A stretch of DNA of 64,000 nt from Lophium mytilinum (lineage: Eukaryota): assembly GCA_010093605.1 (NCBI GenBank), contig MU004196.1:1200606-1264605 (forward strand), read 5' to 3'. The stretch's first letter is position 1, and each line of letters begins with the position of its first letter. Below, in pieces: positions 12,937-26,109 of this stretch. The notes beneath the pieces are model-generated. The model saw nothing but the letters and a program-made list of their open reading frames with translations, did not search any database and was not told where the DNA came from. A program made the translations under genes and the position numbers.

Positions 12937-14874
12937 GGCCGCATCCTTGGCTTTTTGTTCTGCTGTTGACATCTTGTCGATTGAACGGTATGATGTCCAA
13001 AGATAGGAAGGATCCAATGCAGATGCACCCGCTAGAATCGGGAGGATTTAGAACTCTCAGTCAAGTTAGACTGATTTCTTTCTCTGTAGCGAAGGTCGAG
13101 GTGTTCGAGAATGTGATGGACCTTTGAGACGGTGTGGATTCAGTGTTTATGAACGAACTACGACGGCCTTCGGACTTTCTGGAGCCTGAGCACTCGACAG
13201 ATGCGCAGCTTGGCATCAAGGCTCGCACCATGGTTGCGGGGAGGATGCTGAGGTGGGTTTCAGGAAGATGTCCGTGCGACTGAGGAGCATCATCGTGCAT
13301 TCGGACTCCGCTACAAAATCTAAGAAACTCCCAATGCGTTTGCTGAGGCTGGCCATAACGTACAGCCTCTAGCGAGTTTCTGGGGGTCGATAGTCGAAGT
13401 GTCGGTGGTTGGGAAGTAGAAGCGCCGCGATGTCGTCAAGCAAGTCCGACGAGGCGGAGAACGGACCTCGACATTCTACTAACTACGGAGTGCTTGGCAC
13501 TGGTAACGGGTTTGACCTACGTTTTGGTGTTCATAACATCGTGAACTAAGATTTCTGGTAGGTCCGGACCGTATGTCGTATCATAGTCATAGAGTCTTGT
13601 CAAACTCCGAATATCCTCATACAATTCATAGTACTCGTTGATTTTCGATCCTCATCTCATTCTTTTTGCAGTCTAAACTACAACGTCGTATCTATGGTAT
13701 AGTGGAAACCTGGATGCTAGTCGGCCTCAGAGTATCTCCATAAGGTAGTTTCATAGTTGGTGTACGACAATAGCATCTTCAAGACATGCTGGGTATTGTG
13801 ATTCCCTCCTAAGCCTTGCACTGGCTAGATGGGGTCCACCTACGAATGCTGAGTCAATCAATGCGCTGTACACTGCAGGAATGATGACTGGATGAAAGTT
13901 TTAGGCGGTGTGGGCTTTGCTCACTCATCTCTGAGGTCGTACTCCGTACTCCGACAGATCCACTAGCGCCTCTTATTTTAGTCAGTTCTCACCTCGCTAG
14001 CTTGTTCATGTAGACTGTTACCACTCCACTAATGTGTCCACCCTCGAAATATGGCATGACAACCGAGCGCTTTACCTATATTCCCTCGCTGTCTCCGAGA
14101 ATTAGGAAGGTGTCGATGTTTGGGGTATTAACGATTTGGCTAAGTGTGGTCCAACATCCTCGCCGGCGTTGACCAAAAGCTTGTGGAAACGGAGTGCGAC
14201 GACATTGATCAGACATCTTGTAGTATCGGTGCGCGTTTCGAGCACATTACGCTTTCAAGGCGGAGTGGGCAAATTGCAGAAGAGTATGAAGAAAGTAATC
14301 TAGCCGTGTAAAGCACTCGAAGCGTGTTCTGGGGCTTAACCAATCATGTTTCGATAAATATGTTTATCGCAGTTGCAGGGGATAAAGATATATGAAAAAT
14401 AAACAAAAAGTGAGAGCAACTTCGAGACTATAAGACGAGAGAGCGCTCACATCTATAAATTTATGGGAAGTGTAGTACAGGATTACACCGTTCCGGTGGG
14501 TATTTTTCAAACCCCAGTTACACGTCGGAAATGTGCAGCTCCCACCGGCGTCTTTTGTGGGAAAGCTACCAGCATGCGTTGTTTTTGACGCAGGTACACA
14601 TCATTAATAGCAGGGATGGCCAACATATAAATGCTTCCAGAATGAACATCGATAACGTGATCAGGTGTTCACGCGTTCCAAATTAACTTTTGGGTGTTGA
14701 CTCGCGCTAGTTCCATACTTTCTCACCGCCACTTGCAGCCTCGACAGTTGTCCTTCTCAGCGGATCCACGCATCAAGTTGCCCGTGCTGCCCAACAAAAT
14801 GGCTGAAGCAAACTTTGCACTCCCGCAAGCTGTACTCTCCATCTGCAGCAGCAATGCGGCACTTCGACCCGGTT

Positions 14875-16276
14875 ATGGCGAGTGAAGACAACGCCCTTAG
14901 GGCTGCATCTCTTCGGGACGAGGGGAATGGCTTCTACAAGATCGGTAACATGGTCCAAGGTACGCCCGAGAAGAGCACACGCTCCATGCTTTTGCTGATG
15001 AGATATTTGTAGCCGTCAAGTCCTATAGCGAGTCCACAACACTTGCCCCCGACGATGCTAAGCCTCTCTCAAACCTCTCCGCTGCCTACTTCGAGATGGG
15101 AAGATACACCGATGCTGTCAAATATGCCGAATGTGCTTTACGAAAGCTTCCTGGCGACGAGTTTGCTCTCAGGCGTCGATGCCGGCTTCGGATCATGAAG
15201 GCTCACATCCATAACAAACGCCATAGCCTTGCGTGGGGCACTATGAGGCAATTGACCAAGGATAGACATTTTGTGAAGGATGACGAATGGCGAATCCTGA
15301 ACAGCGCCCTGGAGCAAGCGCACGACTTCAGCGAGTCTCACGATGCGAATCGTGCTCTGTACGTTCAGACTTACTGCCGTGTTTCCTACTTCGGACGACT
15401 TATTCTGACAACACTAGGCGAGATGAAGCTGCGTACTCCGACATGGACCACGACGGGACATGTCCTGATTTCGATGTCCCTCTCAATGGAGGGCGGCCAC
15501 ATTTCAGCGGTCTCGTTGAACGAGATGAGCTCGAGACCTCGCTATACGGCCTATTTCTGAAGCTAGCGTTGCCAACACGATGCCCCCATCGCGATCCCAC
15601 CCTCGTATACACGCCGTTTGATATGACGATGATGTTCAGAACGGTGACACAACTTCATGAACTCGAATACCCCGCACATTGGCTTTCTACCGTCCTTCAC
15701 AATCTTGCCCACGGCACCATGATTACGTCCGCCCGAGCCCCGCCAGCATACCCGGTTATACGCAAAGACTCGTGTGTCATAGAGCATAATAGAAAGAGGA
15801 AGATCTCTGTGAAACCATTTGCAGCAGAATTCAGCACACTCACAACGCTGTTCACCTCTGATCTACCCTTCGGCGTGATCAGCCCTGTACTCCCTTGTAT
15901 ATCAAACGTGCACAGGTATTCCATCGTTTTTCCAATCCTTGAGACGACAGAAAGTAGAGATACCAGTTTGATACTAGTGTTTCTCAACACAGCCCTCCCT
16001 TCATTCTCCCGATTCGCGGATCTCAGACATGCGTTGCTGGACGATGACAAGGGCGACAGTAGTGCCGACGCTAAACGGCTTCGGGAGGAGGGAGTTGTAA
16101 TTGTTACGAGCCTCAACTGGACTATGCCAGAGCGGAGAGCTGAGTTTTGGATGAGAAAAGATGAGGTTGAAAGGTGGTGTGACGGAGGGAACTGGGAGGT
16201 GAGTGTATGGCAGATGGATGATTGGACTGCCGTGAGTAGTGGCGTGGCCGTGAATGAGGCATTATCGGCGTATTAG
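14875..16276 (+). CDS. TPR-repeat protein, possibly internally deleted; 2 introns
   Basis: LRDEGNGFYK...LSNLSAAYFEMGRY TPR motifs. An intron GTACGT..CTGAC..TAG (about 15359-15418) joins to an exon with LFLKLALP...YPAHWLS...TSARAPP. Confidence 0.65.
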
Positions 16277-16317
16277 ACCGCGGAGTCTTGGGCGTTATCT
16301 ATAGATGGAAAATTACG

Positions 16318-16570
16318 ATTTTAGAATAGGTCTAGGGGGTTCTTCCTATTGCAACTATATTGTCAGAAGTACATATCAACCCTGTTGCTTTAAAACCCAC
16401 TTGTAAATTGCATCGTTATCATATATCTTATAGCAGGGTACCTAACTTACACTCTAAGAAAACTTGATATTATAGATTTCAATTCCAAGTAAGTCCAGGG
16501 GCGTCTACCCATTGCGAACGTACTGTCAAAACTATACATCAGCCCTCCTAATCTGAGACCTTCTGTAGCA
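16318..16570. repeat. Second locus of repeat family A, about 1.5 units, more AT-rich
   Basis: agggggttcttcctattgc (about 16334) and aggggcgtctacccattgc (about 16497); gcagggtacct and tagatttcaattcca match 10877-11290. Confidence 0.75.
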
Positions 16571-16984
16571 TACCTAGGTAGAGTAGTAGAACTAGTCGTA
16601 ATTGTTGGACTCTTTAATAAGCCATATAGCTCTAACATAGTTTCCCTCGAGGGCAGGTTTGAAGTCAATAATTCTTTCATGGTACTAATTCTCTCCAGAC
16701 CCTAATATTTAAATCATGCAGTTATTAGTGTTAGGCGAGGAGCATCAGGTTAGGACAGAACCAGGACGACTAGGACGAGATCCGTGCACGAGCTAACGAA
16801 CTTCGACCCCAACTGCGACCCCAACTTTAGCCTTGCGGCCTCGCGGCTATGGTCTGATCGTGAACAATTGCCACCTCCACTCAGGAGCTTGCTTCCCTCC
16901 GCATATCATAAGCGCTCTCTCCACAGAGCCTGTCCGTCTTGAACGTGGAGGTCTGTGTCCTTCTACCCCTCACGACCATGAAGG

Positions 16985-19900
16985 ATGAACCCGCCGTCAT
17001 TCTCCAGTCCGAGCGAGCGACTGAGTACCTTCTTTTCAGCTCAGCACGAGGGTAGAGCATATACCGACTTGGAGATTCAGCAAATATCCCATCTTCTCGT
17101 TCACCTCCAGGAGTCTTGGAGCAGATATCCTCGCACTTACATCGTACTGCGCACCATCAGAGAGCTAGCCTTACTGAACCAGCTTATAGACCTGGGCTTC
17201 ACCGATCACTGGTTCCCCGTCGAGGTCCGGAGCCTTCCTCAAAGCCTCAGCCCATCTATTCGATCCGCCTTCGTCAAAGCACAATCGTTGGTGCTCACAA
17301 AGTCGATAGACCTGGAGAAGGGCGAGTCTGGGCGGCATGGACACTTTAGCAAGGACGAACCCTTGCCTTTCGAAATAAAAGGGAAGCTTGGAAGCGGAGG
17401 ATTTTCCCAGGTGGACAGAGTGCTCAGTCTCATCAGCTACAAGGAGTATGCCCTCAAGAGGACTCGTCGAAGGGTTGCTTTCGGCAATGACACCCGGGAA
17501 GCGTTCAAGCGTTTCAAGGCCGAAGTTGAGATTATCAAATATCTCAAGCACCGCCATATGATCGAGTTTGTCGGCAGCTATACAGATCCCGTATTTCTCG
17601 GCATCCTCATGTCTCCAGTGGCAGACACGGACCTTGCGAAATATCTGAAAGGAATTGCAAGCTCAACCTTCGCTGGGTTACCACCTGTGGAAGATCTTAC
17701 GAATCTCCGGTCCTATTTTGGCTGCCTAGCTAATGCTCTTCAATATCTCCACGAGCAATCAATCAGACACAAGGACATTAAACCCCAGAATATTCTTATT
17801 GAAAGTGGCAACGTCCTCTTCACCGATTTCGGGCTGTCGCGAAACTTCCAAGATGCGACCGGTAGCACGACATCAGGAATGACCTACATGACACCGCGAT
17901 ACTCTGCTCCCGAAGTAGCTGCTTATGATGCGCGCAATACGTCTGCCGACATCTGGTCTCTCGGCTGCGTCTTCTTAGAGATGACGTTGACTCTCAAAGG
18001 GCTCGATTTAAGTTACATGAACGAATTTTTTGAAAGCACTGGATCTCGCGATCCTTACGTTAATTGCAACCCGGAAGCAACTGCCAAGTTGATTGCGCAG
18101 CTTTCAGTTACCGAACCACTCCTTGATAACGAACCACTAGATTGGATCAAGAGTATGCTTATTCGAGATCGCCACCTACGGCCAACTGCAGCACAAGTCT
18201 TTACTTCTATCGTTGATCGACATCACTTCAATGGCCTAAGCACTACGTTCTGCGGAATATGTTGTCTTGCTACCGACGAGTCGGATTCTCACGACAGTCT
18301 ATACGAAGAGTTCAATACAGATTCGAACGGAACGGGAAGTAGCTTTCCAGCTATCAGCTCTCACAGTGCAGAGGAGACGGTGCAACCTTCAACCTATCAA
18401 CAAGGCCCAGCATCTAATTCCCGTCAAAAAGAGCACAAACGGTCAAGCACTATCAGTGAAATGCTTGGAAACGAATCCCTATTCAGCCGCAAGCCGGCCG
18501 CTAAGGACCAAGGTCATGAGGAGCAACAGTCTTCATACCCTCCGTCTAGTGGATTTACAGATGCCGTTCTACGTACCTTGAACGAAGCTCCTACCAAAGA
18601 GCCAGATGGCGTGAAAGTCGACCCTCAGTCAACTTCTCTAAAGAGTAAAGAAGAGCATAATGATCCATCTCCTTTCACAGCGATATCGACTCCACCACCA
18701 CCGGGCAATATGCCCCCTTCCCCACCCTTGAATGAGAAGACCCCGGACGCTAAGTCTACTTTTACGAGCGAAGTATCCTCAAAACGGCCTTCCATACCTC
18801 TGCAGCTGAATACTGACGAATCTGGCCACGATCAAGAGAGTGACAAATTAAGGGAAGAGACTATTAGCGGTATGAGACCGCCCAGAGAAGCATTGCCCTT
18901 GCCAAGTGAATTTGACAGCTATTGGGCTGACTTCGCTGCCAATACGCACCCACAAGAGAAGAAAAGGGAGTGTGCAATATGCGCAGAAAGCTGTCCGATT
19001 CCGGATCTGCCCTCTCTCATGAATTGTGAGCACGAGCCACAGGTTTGTAGCGATTGTTACCAACGCTGGATTGCTTCGGAACTAAACAGCAAGAGTTGGA
19101 AAGAGATCAAATGCCCAGAAGAGGGTTGCAAACAGATATTATGCCACGCGGAGGTGCAAGAGTATGCTACATCGGAAGTATACGCGAAGTGAGCATCATT
19201 CCCATCCCTTTATGACTTTGCTCGATTCTGATGGCATCTTCTAGATTCGACGCTCTCTCCGCCCGCGAAGCACTTAACAAGTTATCCAAGGTCGACCCTG
19301 ATACTGGTGCGGATAACATGATGTCGGCATTTCTGCGAACCCGCACTCCGTCGCCGCCCGGTGGATACAAAAGCACTATTGTTAGATCAACATCTAATGC
19401 TAGTGCTAGCGCCGACAGTGTCAGAAAATTTGGAGGCATCAGGAGGAATGTGTCTGTCTCATCAAAGTTTTCATCACGCCCATCTAGTCCGGTGGCGTCC
19501 TCGTTCGCCACGCCGTCGGCACCACCTGCAATTCACAGGAGTAACACTGTTCCATCAAAACGATCTCCTGCCAACAATCTCTTCAGCCGGAATCAGCAAG
19601 CCTCAGTACCTGCACCAGTACTGGTGCAATCGGTGGCAACTCAGCGGCCGCCAGAGACAGCCGAAGAAACACCGTCGCCTGATAGAGCATTTCAAACTGT
19701 CAAAGTGCCGAGAAAACCAGTCAAGCGCTATCAATTGAGTGATACACTGGATGAGGGTAGAAACACTTATTACGACAACTGGGAGTTGGAGAGCCGCTAT
19801 CGATTAAGTGATTCGAAGGGGAGCAGTAGTGGCATGCTCCAGTACACCGAATTGGAGAGCCCAAGCCAATCTCAATGGACTCTTCCCGTTGTATCGAACC

Positions 19901-20881
19901 CCACTTCGTCGGCCTCGGATGTAAATCCTTTCTCCGAACCCAAGAGCTCTAAACCGAAGAGTAAGAAGAAAGACAACCGCCTGCTTCGACTTTTTTCCCC
20001 CAAGCCTAGGGGCGAAAAGCCCGTGTCTCCACAGCAAACTCCGGAAACACCTCGTCGCGATCTTGCATCATGGTGGAAAACTTTTGAGAAAAGACCTGAC
20101 GCTAAAAGTACCGAGGGAAGGGTGTTTGGGGTCCCTCTGAGGACAATGATTCCTTATGCCAACGTGGCTATCTCACTATGTAACGAAGACGGGGAGAGCT
20201 TCATTTACGGCTACGTTCCTATAGTTCTTGCAAAGTGTGGGGTGTTTCTCAAGGAGAAAGGTATATACCCTCTCTGACAACTCCCACTCACATTGCTAAT
20301 TCGTTGCTCTAGCCACAGATGTAGAGGGCATATTCGTCACGCCTGGTTCGCCTAAGCGCATTGCAGAGCTGAAAGTTATATTTGACAGTCCAGACAGGTA
20401 TGGAAAAGGCCTCGACTGGACCGGGTACACTATCCACGATGCCGTTGGTATACTCATCCTCTTTCTGCAATGTCTGCCGGAACCTGTTGTTCCGTACGAT
20501 CTGTACGACGCCTTCGCCGCGGTGGATATCTACGAGAAAGAGGATATCAGTAAGCTCGTGAAGGAGTACCAGTCGCTTGTCAAGCAGCTTCCCCCCTTGA
20601 ATAGGCAGCTGCTCTTGTATCTGCTGGACTTCTTTGCGGTTTTCGCATCTAAGAGCGAGCTGAATGGGGCGACTAGCGATGTCTTAGCATCGATTTTTCA
20701 CACCAACATCCTTCGGAGGTACAACTCGCTTGACGAGGACATCGCACCGGAGGATTTGATATTCAGCAAGGAAACTCTCGTGTTTCTTATCGAGAACCAA
20801 GACCACTTCCTCATCGGAATGGAATCATCCTCGGACACTGCTGAAGATAGCGGAACCACGCCCAAAGAAGTGCCGGACTGA
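16985..20881 (+). CDS. Ser/Thr kinase - RING finger - RhoGAP-like fusion protein (introns 19189-19244 and 20261-20312)
   Basis: Kinase: LGSGGFSQV, YALK, HKDIKPQN, DFG, APE. RING: CAIC...CEH...CSDC...CPEEGC. Both introns splice in frame into a Sac7-like GAP domain (VFGVPL...YGYVPIVLAKCGVFLKEKATDVEGIF). Confidence 0.85.
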
Positions 20882-21404
20882 GAGACCAGGATCGTTTGTC
20901 TATCATGACCGATGCGCTGAAGATCTCGTCTTGAGATCTCTCGGAGACAGAGCCTCCTCATTATTCTCGCTGAAGATGGAATCCGAAGAGCACGCTCGGA
21001 CGACGTCAAGAGTATGAAACAGCAATTCGTATATATCGTGTGCGGAACTACTACGCTACCATCCCTACGAAATACCACCTTCACCGATATCACAAGCGGC
21101 GGTTCCGACGGCAACCCCGTCGATTTCGGTGTCCGGCTTCGATGTCAAAGTCGAATTTGTGAAAGAAATTTAGTGGCAAGAGGATAACTGGAACGTAGGA
21201 GATAATAAAAAGAGCGTCGTTGTGTATAGTAGGCATCAAAACCATGGAATAGTATATAATGGCAGTTCCATACATCATGTGTACAAACTCCTAGTCACGT
21301 GCTCCCTTTTCTGTGTTCACCGTGAATGCAGGCGACTACTCCTTCGACGAAGATGCAAGTTCAGATATCGGACACAATCAATTCTGTAACTTCTAGTAAC
21401 TAGC

Positions 21405-22190
21405 CCTCGTCCACGTAGCGCTTACCGCTCGTGCCCTCTGCGTCTACCAAAATCGATTCTACGCGGTCAAACCTGTAAATACTTGCAACAAAAGTGGACA
21501 AAGCCTCTGCGGAAGTGCCTCGGCTTGCTTGCTTGCCTATAGAGTCGTGGGCCTGATTTTAATGGGTTGTTTTAGAGGTAAGAAGGGACTACAGCGCGGT
21601 CACGCTGCGTACCCCTCCGCGTCTATCAAAATCGATTTCATGCGGTCAAATCTGTAAATCTTTGTAACAAATCAGGACAATGCGTGTATATAAGCACCTC
21701 AGCGTGTTCTAACATGCATAGAGATAGACACATGATTTGAAGTCGACAGTTGGGAGATGAAACAGGACTACGAAAAGCTCACGCCGCGTACCCTCTACGT
21801 TCACCAAAATCGAACTTCCGCGGTTAGATTTGTTGATTCTTGTACTAAAAAAGGCTGTTGCGTGGGCAGAGGCGCCTCGGCGTGCTTTTGAAACACTGGG
21901 GATATAGGCTGGTTTTGGATCGATGCTTGTCGAATCAAAACGAAGTACACTATAGCCACGCGGCGTACCTCCCCCTCTCTCAATTTCAATCTCACACGGT
22001 TAATTCCGTAAAACTTTGTAACAAAATGTACCTTTTCCTGGCCTGAAGCCACTCAGCGTGTTTTCCTAACCCTACAAACATGAGCCCGATTTCGTATCGA
22101 TACTTAGCGGATAGGAAGGGACTACGAAGGGTGCACGCCGCGTCTACGAAACTCAGAGTCATGCGGTTTATTCGGTTACTTCTTGCAACT
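21405..22190. repeat. Degenerate tandem repeat family B, about 179 bp unit, about 5 units
   Basis: Block cgtcta(c/t)caaaatcgat..(c/t)gcggtcaaa.ctgtaaat at about 21441, 21620 and 21798, with more degenerate copies at about 21977 and 22141; ggactac...cacgc(c/t)gcgt also recurs. Confidence 0.8.
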
Positions 22191-22568
22191 ACGCTGGGTG
22201 GTTCTTGGTGGGAGGACTTCAAAGAAATGTAAAGGGATCCAAAGAGGTCGGGTTCATGGTCTGAGTTATGAGACATGTCAATAATAAGCTAAAAGCGAGT
22301 TCAGATCCCACGGACTGGCTCCCGGTTATACGTCTTAACAGTGCCAAAACGGACCTAATTCCAAGGTCTGATTTCAAAGGCATGCCAATAACGTGCCAAA
22401 ATGTAATTCAAATTGCACAGACTGGCTCCCGTTAGTACATCTCAACGCTGGCAAATTTGACTCAGTCCTCAGATCCAATGCAGAGTCTCCTATCTATCAG
22501 CATATTAAACGTATTTGAAACCACAGCAGTCTCAACATTAGTGAATTTCGTACAGTATTCTACATGCC

Positions 22569-24723
22569 TCAAACAAAATCAAAGGTATCTCCATTGGTGT
22601 CTTTCAGCATCCCCGCCACCCGCTTTGATCCAACGACCCTCTCAAGCCTAAACCCATCCCACTTCGAGAAAATGACTCTCACAGCAGCCTCAGAAGCATC
22701 GATCTTCCCTTCTGAAATGGTAGTACCCAGATACCCGCTGACAAGCTCCTGGTAGAATATGGGATTCTCAGGCAACGCGTACATGATCACCCGCTTCACG
22801 CCCCTGACCTGGTATCTTCGGAAATGATGCGCGCGACCGGTGTACAGAAGCACGGAGTGTCGACCGGTCAGGAAATGCGAGCGTGCGCGGCGAACGTCGG
22901 GGACGTTGACGTACTCGGATATAGCGCCAAAGGAGATATTCTGCGTGGCTGTTGAGTTGGCGAAGTAGTTCCGGATGCGGACGAAGTCGAGGTATGAAGG
23001 TATGAAGATGACTATTCCTTGAGCACCATCTGGGGGCTTGGGGTATTTAGTCAAAGCGGGTACGATGGTGCTGGTGAAGAATTTGAATCGCGCATCTGGG
23101 TCGTTGGCGGCAGATGGAGAGTCATAGCGCGAGAAAGTTTGTTTGATCTGGAGACCAATAGTGGTGATGGCGCCATCATAACTGGGGCTGTACTTCATCC
23201 TTCCGGCGACATTTCGCATGTGTTTGGAGAACAGGCTGTTGAGTTCTGGAGTTAGATAAGCAGATAGGACGATCGTTTGGCGTATATGTGCTGCTGTTCC
23301 TTCGTCGAGGTACCACTTGCGGACTCGGCTGATATCGCAACCGTGGAGGTCTTTCGGTCGTAGGTTGAGCTCGTCGAAGACGTACTCCACATGCTCCCAG
23401 TTTTGCATAAGCATAGCATCCGCTTGATCTGCGATGACAACCTCAATAGAACTAAGGAAGTCGGAGTCTTTCTGTTTTGGCCCTCCATTTTCAATGGCCC
23501 TTCGTAGTCCTAGGGGGCTGGCAAATATGATGTCGGAATTGTAAAACTTCGAGAAGAACTTTGCAGTCTTCCGAGTAAATTTCATTCCGATACGGAACTC
23601 GTTATCATCGTTCCCCTCGAAGAGTTCCCTGAAATCTTCTGGCTTGTCGTCTGAGAATTTCTCTTCAGTTTGGGAGTATTCGTCCACGAAGCGCTTCTTG
23701 TTCTCTTGCTGCTCGATTTCGCACAAGGATATAATAGTCTCAACGTATCTTACGCAAGCTTGTCTAGTTTCTACGAGTATGAGTACTTTAGGGCGAGTGA
23801 AGCCTTGATCACGACATTCTAGTTCCTCGTCTTTGACTAGGCGGGCGTTGTTCTTCACGACTCGATCTCGGGTCTTGAAGATATGATTTAACGCATGTAG
23901 GCAGGTGATTTGACGGAGGCGGGTGGCATTGCGTACAGTCCTGGCTCCGAACAAGAGGTCCTGGTAGTCAAATATATGCGGGACGAGGTCTCGTTCGAGG
24001 GCATTGAAGTCCGAGAGAACTTCTAGAGCCGGTGTTTGAAGCTTCTGCTTCAGTTTCAGATCTTTCGGTGACCGTATTCTGTGCTTGGAAGGGACTTGTT
24101 CCGTTCCAGGAAAGGATATCAAGCACTTTGCAAAATCTGCTGCTGCTGCCTTTCGGGTAGGCCATAGGTTTTCGTTGATGGCCTTCAATCGTAGTGACAG
24201 TTCATTATCATCTGGGTTCGCGAAGTGTGCCTCGAAGGGATCCTCGTCGTCCTCATCCGAGTCTTCGTCGATGATAGCTTCCACCTCCTCTTCCTCCTCT
24301 TCGCCAGTCTCAGACTCAGACACGACTTCTTCTGAGGCTTCTCGGATATCTTCCTCCTGACGTGACTCATCCCCAAGTTTCCTTCTCTTATTCCGGTGCT
24401 TTCCCTGCTTAGTCGAGTCCTGGAAAGATTGGAGCAGGGCGCTGTAGGGTTTCACGACAGTCTCGGTTTCTTCTTCTTCTGAAGACTCCTCCTCTTCACT
24501 AGAATGTGTGTCTAGGATCCCGCCATCTGAATCGGACCCGTCTCTGTTAATGTTAGCATGTAAATTAGCAATGCGTAAGAATCACTGACTCCACCGGATC
24601 TTCAATTCTAGCTTTGGTGAACGTATCTCTCCGCCCACCTCTACCACGACCTCCGCGACCACGTCCTCTGCCTCTGGGAGCTCCGCTGCCTCTAGAGCCT
24701 CCTCTTCCGCGAAAAGGTGCCAT
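22569..24723 (-). CDS. UTP25: U3 snoRNA-associated protein 25
   Basis: RGG-rich start MAPFRGRGG, then RDQGFTRPKVLI, SDIIFASPLGLR, MQNWEHV, FIPSYLDFVRIRNY and TGRAHHFRRY. Confidence 0.95.
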
Positions 24724-24942
24724 AATGTTGTTTTGACGTCGAACGCAGAGGCCGAACTTTTTCTTTACTAGCAACGAAAGCGGTGAGGTTTGGTGGGGCA
24801 GAACTTTGAATTTGGAAAATTGGCGAAGCACAACCAACACCAAAGGAATATCACGGCCCATTCCTTTGACCTCGACTGCACGCCCTCCTCCACCACCTCC
24901 CACCTCCACTCAGCGCCCTCACATCCGCACGCGCCGCCCACC

Positions 24943-26109
24943 ATGGGAGACACCGAATCCTTCCTCCACCTCGCCCGCCCGCTCGGCCCAGCGCCCGTAG
25001 GAGCGCAGCCCTCGACAGCCCCACTAAGCGTCGTGATACAACCACAAGTACAATGCCCCCTCCACCCTTCCTACACACGTACTCATAGCATACCCAGGCC
25101 GTCTTCTCCATCCTCGACCACTCCCTCCGCCGGCCCGCCGACCAAGACCGCGTCATCGGCACGCTCCTCGGCACGCGCACCGAAGACGGCACCGAAGTCG
25201 AGATCCGCAACTGCTATGCCGTGCCGCACACCGAGACAGCCGAGCAGGTCGAGGTCGACATGGACTACCAGAAGCAGATGCTGGCGCTGCACCTACGCGC
25301 CAACCCGCGCGAGGTGCTCGTCGGCTGGTACGCCACCAGCTCCGAGCTCAACACCTTCTCTGCCCTGATCCAGAACTTCTACTCGCAGCAGGGCGACGGC
25401 ACGTTCCCGCACCCGGCCGTGCATCTGACCGTCAGCACGGTGCCCGGCAAGGACATCGAGGCGCGGACGTACATCAGCGCGCCGATTGGGGTGACCGCGG
25501 AGCGTGCGGCGGATAGCTGTTTGTTCATTCCTGTGCCGCACGAGATCAAGTACGGCGAGGCGGAGAAGAGCGGGCTGGAGCTCATCTCAGGCGCCAAGGA
25601 CCGCGAGGACCGCTCGCAGGGGATCTTAACGGATATCGAGGCGCTGGAGCGTGCGGTGCAGCATGTGCTGGATATGCTGGAGCGCGTCTCGAATTACGTG
25701 AATAATGTGCTGGATGAGGAGGCGACGCCGAGCTCGGCCCTGGGCCAGTTCTTGATGAATGCTTTGAGTTTGGCGCCGAAGGTGGATCCGCAGGATATTG
25801 AGAGGGATTTGTATGTCTTGGAATTATACTTTATGCACGCATTTTTGGCTAACATATCACAGCAACAACCACATCCAGGACGTCCTAGTTGTTTCCTACC
25901 TCGCCAACACAATCCGCACCCAAATCGACCTTTCCAACCGCCTCGCAACAGCCGCCCTCACCATGGGCACCGGTGATCCACTGGGCGGTGCTGCCGGCGA
26001 CGGCGAGCGAAAGGAGGGTGGCGGCGGCAGGGGACGAGGAGGAAGGGGGCGTGGTGGTGGAAACCGGGGCGACCGGAACAACAACAGGGACAGAGACAAC
26101 GAGCAGTAG
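24943..26109 (+). CDS. eIF3f: Translation initiation factor 3 subunit F (MPN domain), 2 introns
   Basis: [11 protein letters not shown]...[18 protein letters not shown] and [27 protein letters not shown]. Confidence 0.93.

Noticed and set aside
13300..14350. Possible decayed gene or transposon relic in a long intergenic region
   Set aside because: Only short open stretches and no recognisable motif or terminal repeat.
21405..22190. Possible CRISPR-like array
   Set aside because: Eukaryotic context, whole units are degenerate homologs rather than identical repeats with unique spacers, and there are no cas genes.
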